Assembly: GCF_963921235.1 (NCBI RefSeq)
Contig: NC_086109.1
Coordinates: forward strand, 2,790,001-2,854,000
Length of the DNA: 64,000 nucleotides
From: Mobula hypostoma
Lineage: Eukaryota
Direction: 5' to 3'
Shown here: positions 60,094 through 64,000 of the stretch, in pieces
Numbering within the stretch: position 1 is the stretch's first letter
Layout: each line of letters begins with the position of its first letter
Made by a program: the position numbers and the translations under genes
Notes under the pieces: model-generated
What the model was told of the DNA's origin: nothing
What the model saw: only the letters and a program-made list of their open reading frames with translations
The model's database searches: none

Positions 60094-60586
60094 TGTCAGG
60101 AGGCTGAAGCAGGGACCCAATCGCAGACCACGTACTGTGCGCACTGTGATATTTATTGAGTAGCAAATCCAGTGGGGGGCAACAAAGTTGGCGTCCAAGT
60201 TCAGGCGGAGATCAAAAATTCCAGAGAAATCCAAAAACCAGAATCGGGAAACAGGCAGAGACAATATTCGGGCAGACAGAGTTCTGATACAAATGCTGGA
60301 AAGACTCAGGAAAATTCACTGGCACAATCTGACAACAAACAGGTGAAAACACAGGACTGAGATACACTGACAATAAACAGAGAGGCAAATGATAGGTGGA
60401 GCACAACGAGACACGTGGCAGCAATACAGGTAATAATGAGAAACAGGTGAGAGAGACGGAGTACTCAGTAATACAGGCGCTGGAGTAGAGCAGGAGCGGG
60501 GACAGGAGCTCATGGCAATACAAAACCACAGACTGACATCTAGGGGGGAAACACACAAAAAGACAGTTCAACTGAAGGTACTGACA
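60094..60586 (-). mobile_element. Solo LTR with 5-bp TSD
   Basis: tgctg|TGTCAG...CTGACA|tgctg: perfect 6-bp inverted termini and perfect TSD. TTTATT near 60151 suggests minus orientation. Confidence 0.85.
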
Positions 60587-61010
60587 TGCTGGAAATCTGG
60601 GGCAAAACAAGATCCATAGATGCTTCGTGATCTGTCGAGTTCCTCCAGCATTTTGTGTGTTTTATGAAATCACAAGGGGCATAAGTAATGTGGATGATCA
60701 CAGTCCATTTGCCGCCAGGGAAAGGAAGTCTAAATCTACAGGGTACAGGTTTAAGGTGAGAGGGGGAAAATTTAAGGAGGCGAGGGTTGTAAAGATGCAG
60801 AACGAGGTGCTAGGGGAAGTTGGAGATGTGGGTATAATTAAAAGAAATGTCACATACATCGATAGAAAAGGGCAAGCACGAAGTTTGTAGATGCTGGAAA
60901 TCCAAAGCAATACACATAGAGGGCTGGAGGAACTCAGCAGGTCAGGCAGCAACTGTAGAAAACAGTAAACAGTCGACGTTTCGGCCCGACACCCGTCCCT
61001 CTACCAGTGA

Positions 61011-61495
61011 AATTTTCCCCATGCCACTGGCTGCAAGACAAGCCTTTAGCGTGATCGATCCACCCCCGTGCTTAACAGTTGGAGAGGTGTTCCTTTCATG
61101 AAATTCGGCACCCTTTTTTCTCCAAACATACCTTTACTCATTGCGGCCATAAAGTTCTATTTTAACTTCATCAGTCCACAGGACTTGTTTTCAAAATGCA
61201 TCAGGCTTGTTTAGATGTTCCTTTGCAAACTTCTGACGCTGAATTTTGTGGTGATGACGCAGGAAAAGTTTTCTTCTGATGACTCTTCCATGAAGGACAC
61301 ATTTGCGCAAGTGTCGCTGCACAGTAGAACAGCTCACCACCACTCCAGAGTCTGCTAAATCTTTCTGAAGGTGTTTCGCAGTCAAACGGGGGTTTTGATT
61401 TGCCTTTCCAGCAATCCTACGAGCAGTTCTCTCGGAAAGTTTTCTTGGTCTTCCAGACCTCAACTTGACTTCCACCTTTCCTGTTAACTGCCATT
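61011..61495 (-). mobile_element. Tc1-like transposase fragment
   Basis: RSGRPRKLS..ANQNPRLTAK..DLADSGVVVSCSTVQRHL..GRVIRRK..RQKFAKEHL is the Tc1 DNA-binding region. Confidence 0.88.
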
Positions 61496-62835
61496 TGTTG
61501 GGTTTTGCTTTGTAGGAAGCAATGGCCTTCAAATCCTGCCAGAGTTGATGTGCATCCATTGTCGCCTCTAACTCTCACAGGGGTTAACCTTTCCCTTATC
61601 AGGATTAAGTTCCACTTACCATTGTTCTACCCAATGTCACAGTGCATACTCACATGAACGGACCCAAGAGCAGAGGAACTCTGGTCATGGTGACCACTGG
61701 CACAAGGTCAACCCAGGAGCACAGGGTGGCAGGTTCTGTCACGGTGAATCCTAGCGACATCTCAATCCAGGTGCCAAAGAACAGCAGATTGCCCATGAAG
61801 AGATGGAAACAAGTGGACATAAGTATACCAACAGAGCACAGGAGGCACGACCGAGCGACACCATGAGACAGGTCATTCTCCGCAAACACACTGGAGGATT
61901 CCACTTATACAGCACAATGAGACCCCTTTAAATAATTGTAGAATCCGGGAAACATGTGCCAATCATAATTAACTTGACAAGGCTAAACCAAAAGTACCTG
62001 AGCTTAGCGGCTTGAACGATTCGTAAATATAAGTGCTTGAGAAGCCAAGAAGTCCAATGCTGTACGGTGAGCCACAGAGGTCTGCAGGTCTCATGAAACC
62101 CAACTTACCAAGTCCTCACTTTTCCTTATGATGCTGGTGGAATAAATTAAACCCACTGAGTTTCTGTCACCTTATCTGATCCCATCATTCTAGTCATTTC
62201 CCTGTATCTGTCTCACATTCAGGTGCTATTCCTTGCCCAAGGGTGACCTACAGGCTAGTGAAGGGGAGGAGCACCCTACACCTCCTCTGGCAGAGACGTA
62301 TCTTCCCCCATGCCACCCTTATCAATAGGGTAGGCATTCAAAAAATATTTTTCATGGTTTAGAAATGTCTGGAGGATGTGTATTTAAAGTGAGAGGTTGG
62401 AAGTTTAAATCAAATCTTTAGATTGGGTATCTTACACAAAGATACCTGGGATGGATGGCCAGGTATAGTGGTGGAAGTAGATATGACAGTGGTATTTATG
62501 AGGAAATGTGATAGACACACAAGTATGCATAGAATGGAGAGATATGGATCACGTGAAGGGAGAAGAGATTTAGTTTAATTCAGTATCATGTTTGACACAG
62601 ACTTCATGGCTGATGGACCTGTTCCTGCGCTGTACTACCCTGTGTCCTGTGTTCTAATAGGTTTCTTGAACTGGGTCCATGATTAATAAGGCTGACTCAA
62701 AACTGACCTCAACACCAATTTCTTGCTCTTTCCCCATACCTGACAATTCCTGAGCTGGTTAAGGTTATCTGCTGTCCATCTCGGCCTCTGCCAATCCCTC
62801 TGGGTTTTTCCTCTTCTGGCCATTTTTTACAGATG

Positions 62836-63201
62836 TACCAGGGACAGCATTCTAAGTGGGTGAATTACTGTCTGGTATGAGGTTGGGATGGGGGACCATT
62901 GCTGCAGAGAGTTGTAAGTTTAGTCTTGGGCACTGGCCTCCCCAGTATCCAAGGCATTTTCAAGGAGAGTTGCCTCAAAAAGGTGGCATCTGTCATTAAG
63001 GACCACCATCACCTGGGTCATGCGTTGTTCTCATTGTTACCATCAGGAAGGAGGTACAGGGGCCTGAAACCATGCACTCAGTAATTCAGGAACAGCTTCT
63101 TCCCCTCTGCCATTTGGTTTTTATGTACTACAGTGTACTACTGCTGCACAATAACAAATTTCATGACATATGTTAGTGATATTGAACCTGACTCTGATTC
63201 T
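62836..63201 (+). mobile_element. Rex1-like LINE 3' end
   Basis: IKDHHHLGHALFSLLPSGRRYR motif and a ctgactctgattct tail. Confidence 0.8.
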
Positions 63202-63708
63202 CTCTTCTCGATGAAGTGCATTTTCCTAGTTTTAGCTAACTCTCATGAGAGGAAACATACAGTTAGCATCCCTGCGGGCAACCGCTTCATACAGTCATAC
63301 AGCCCTGTAACAGGCCCTTTGGTGCAGGTTGACCATGCAGGCCACAGTGCCTACCTGAGATAGTCAATTGTCCATGTCTTTCCCTATCTATGTACCTGTC
63401 CAAAGGTCTCTAGTAACTCATTCCACCTACCCCTCACCCTGTGTTCCTCAGGTTTTGTTATTTATCCTTCTGGGATGCAGAGAAAGGGGAAAATGCTGTC
63501 AGTTTGTCAGCCGGAAGTGATTGCTTTATGTTCAGTGATTATGCAACGGAGGCAAAGCCACTCAAGAGTACGTTAGTTTTATGGTTAATGAAAACATACT
63601 AAAGGCAGCTTTTTAGTCAGTACTCATTTTTGATTTTGACATCTCTGGTGATGGTTTACTGCATGGAATTGTGGAAAATAACGTTTGGCGTGTTTGGAAG
63701 TTTTTTCC

Positions 63709-63999
63709 TCACACACAGCTTTCATCGTCTGAAGAGCAGACTTCATGTTTCACTTGTTTTCTTCGATGCCTGATGCGTTGAAGCACGCTGGACCGACGCA
63801 TTATCTCCATACAATCTCTCTCTGTTATTTTAATGATGAAGTACAGAGTGATTGCACCTAAGATTGTGGAACTAAAATATCCAAAAAAAACACCCCAAAG
63901 TACTGTCTTGAATCCTTCTGTGAGTTTTCTTGGATATGGTGGGAGCTTTTCCATTTCAACAATGAGTTCCAGTTCATCCCAGTTGATTTCCAGAGCTGA
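63709..63999 (-). CDS. C-terminal coding exon of an unidentified single-pass membrane protein (continues beyond window)
   Basis: Frame is open from the window edge: SALEINWDELELIVEMEKLPPYPRKLTEGFKT-VLWGVFFGYFSSTILGAITLYFII-KITERDCMEIMRRSSVLQRIRHRRKQ...SSDDESCV*. TM span followed by a basic tail, in non-repetitive sequence. Confidence 0.65.
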   Translation of the reverse strand, partial: SALEINWDELELIVEMEKLPPYPRKLTEGFKTVLWGVFFGYFSSTILGAITLYFIIKITERDCMEIMRRSSVLQRIRHRRKQVKHEVCSSDDESCV

Positions 64000-64000
64000 A

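Overview
Eukaryotic, repeat-rich vertebrate genomic DNA. The repeat content (CR1, Rex1/Babar, Penelope-like, V-SINE-like, Tc1, 58-bp minisatellite) suggests a cartilaginous fish, probably a ray or skate (inference). The window is dominated by a direct tandem duplication with an offset of about 28.6 kb (copy A from <=1 to ~19.7 kb; copy B ~29.0-43.5 kb). Each copy carries a + strand, multi-exon CD2/SLAM-type Ig-superfamily receptor gene: Cys-less IgV, IgC2, TM and a cytoplasmic exon with an ITIM-like IxYxxL. By my reading the two ectodomain exons are identical, while the TM and cytoplasmic exons are diverged, with a TM basic residue that differs in identity and position (Arg in A, Lys in B). 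Decayed relic exons of the same family lie between the copies. The most unusual element is a 178-bp, CpG-rich, circularly permuted piece of a ZFTRAF1/CYHR1 coding exon at 27050-27227, which looks like a re-integrated DNA circle. The right end holds a CCAAT-box-rich CpG-island promoter (~58.9-59.3 kb) and the C-terminal coding exon of an unidentified minus-strand membrane protein running off the window edge. All alignments and translations were done by eye; TE boundaries are approximate unless a TSD is quoted.
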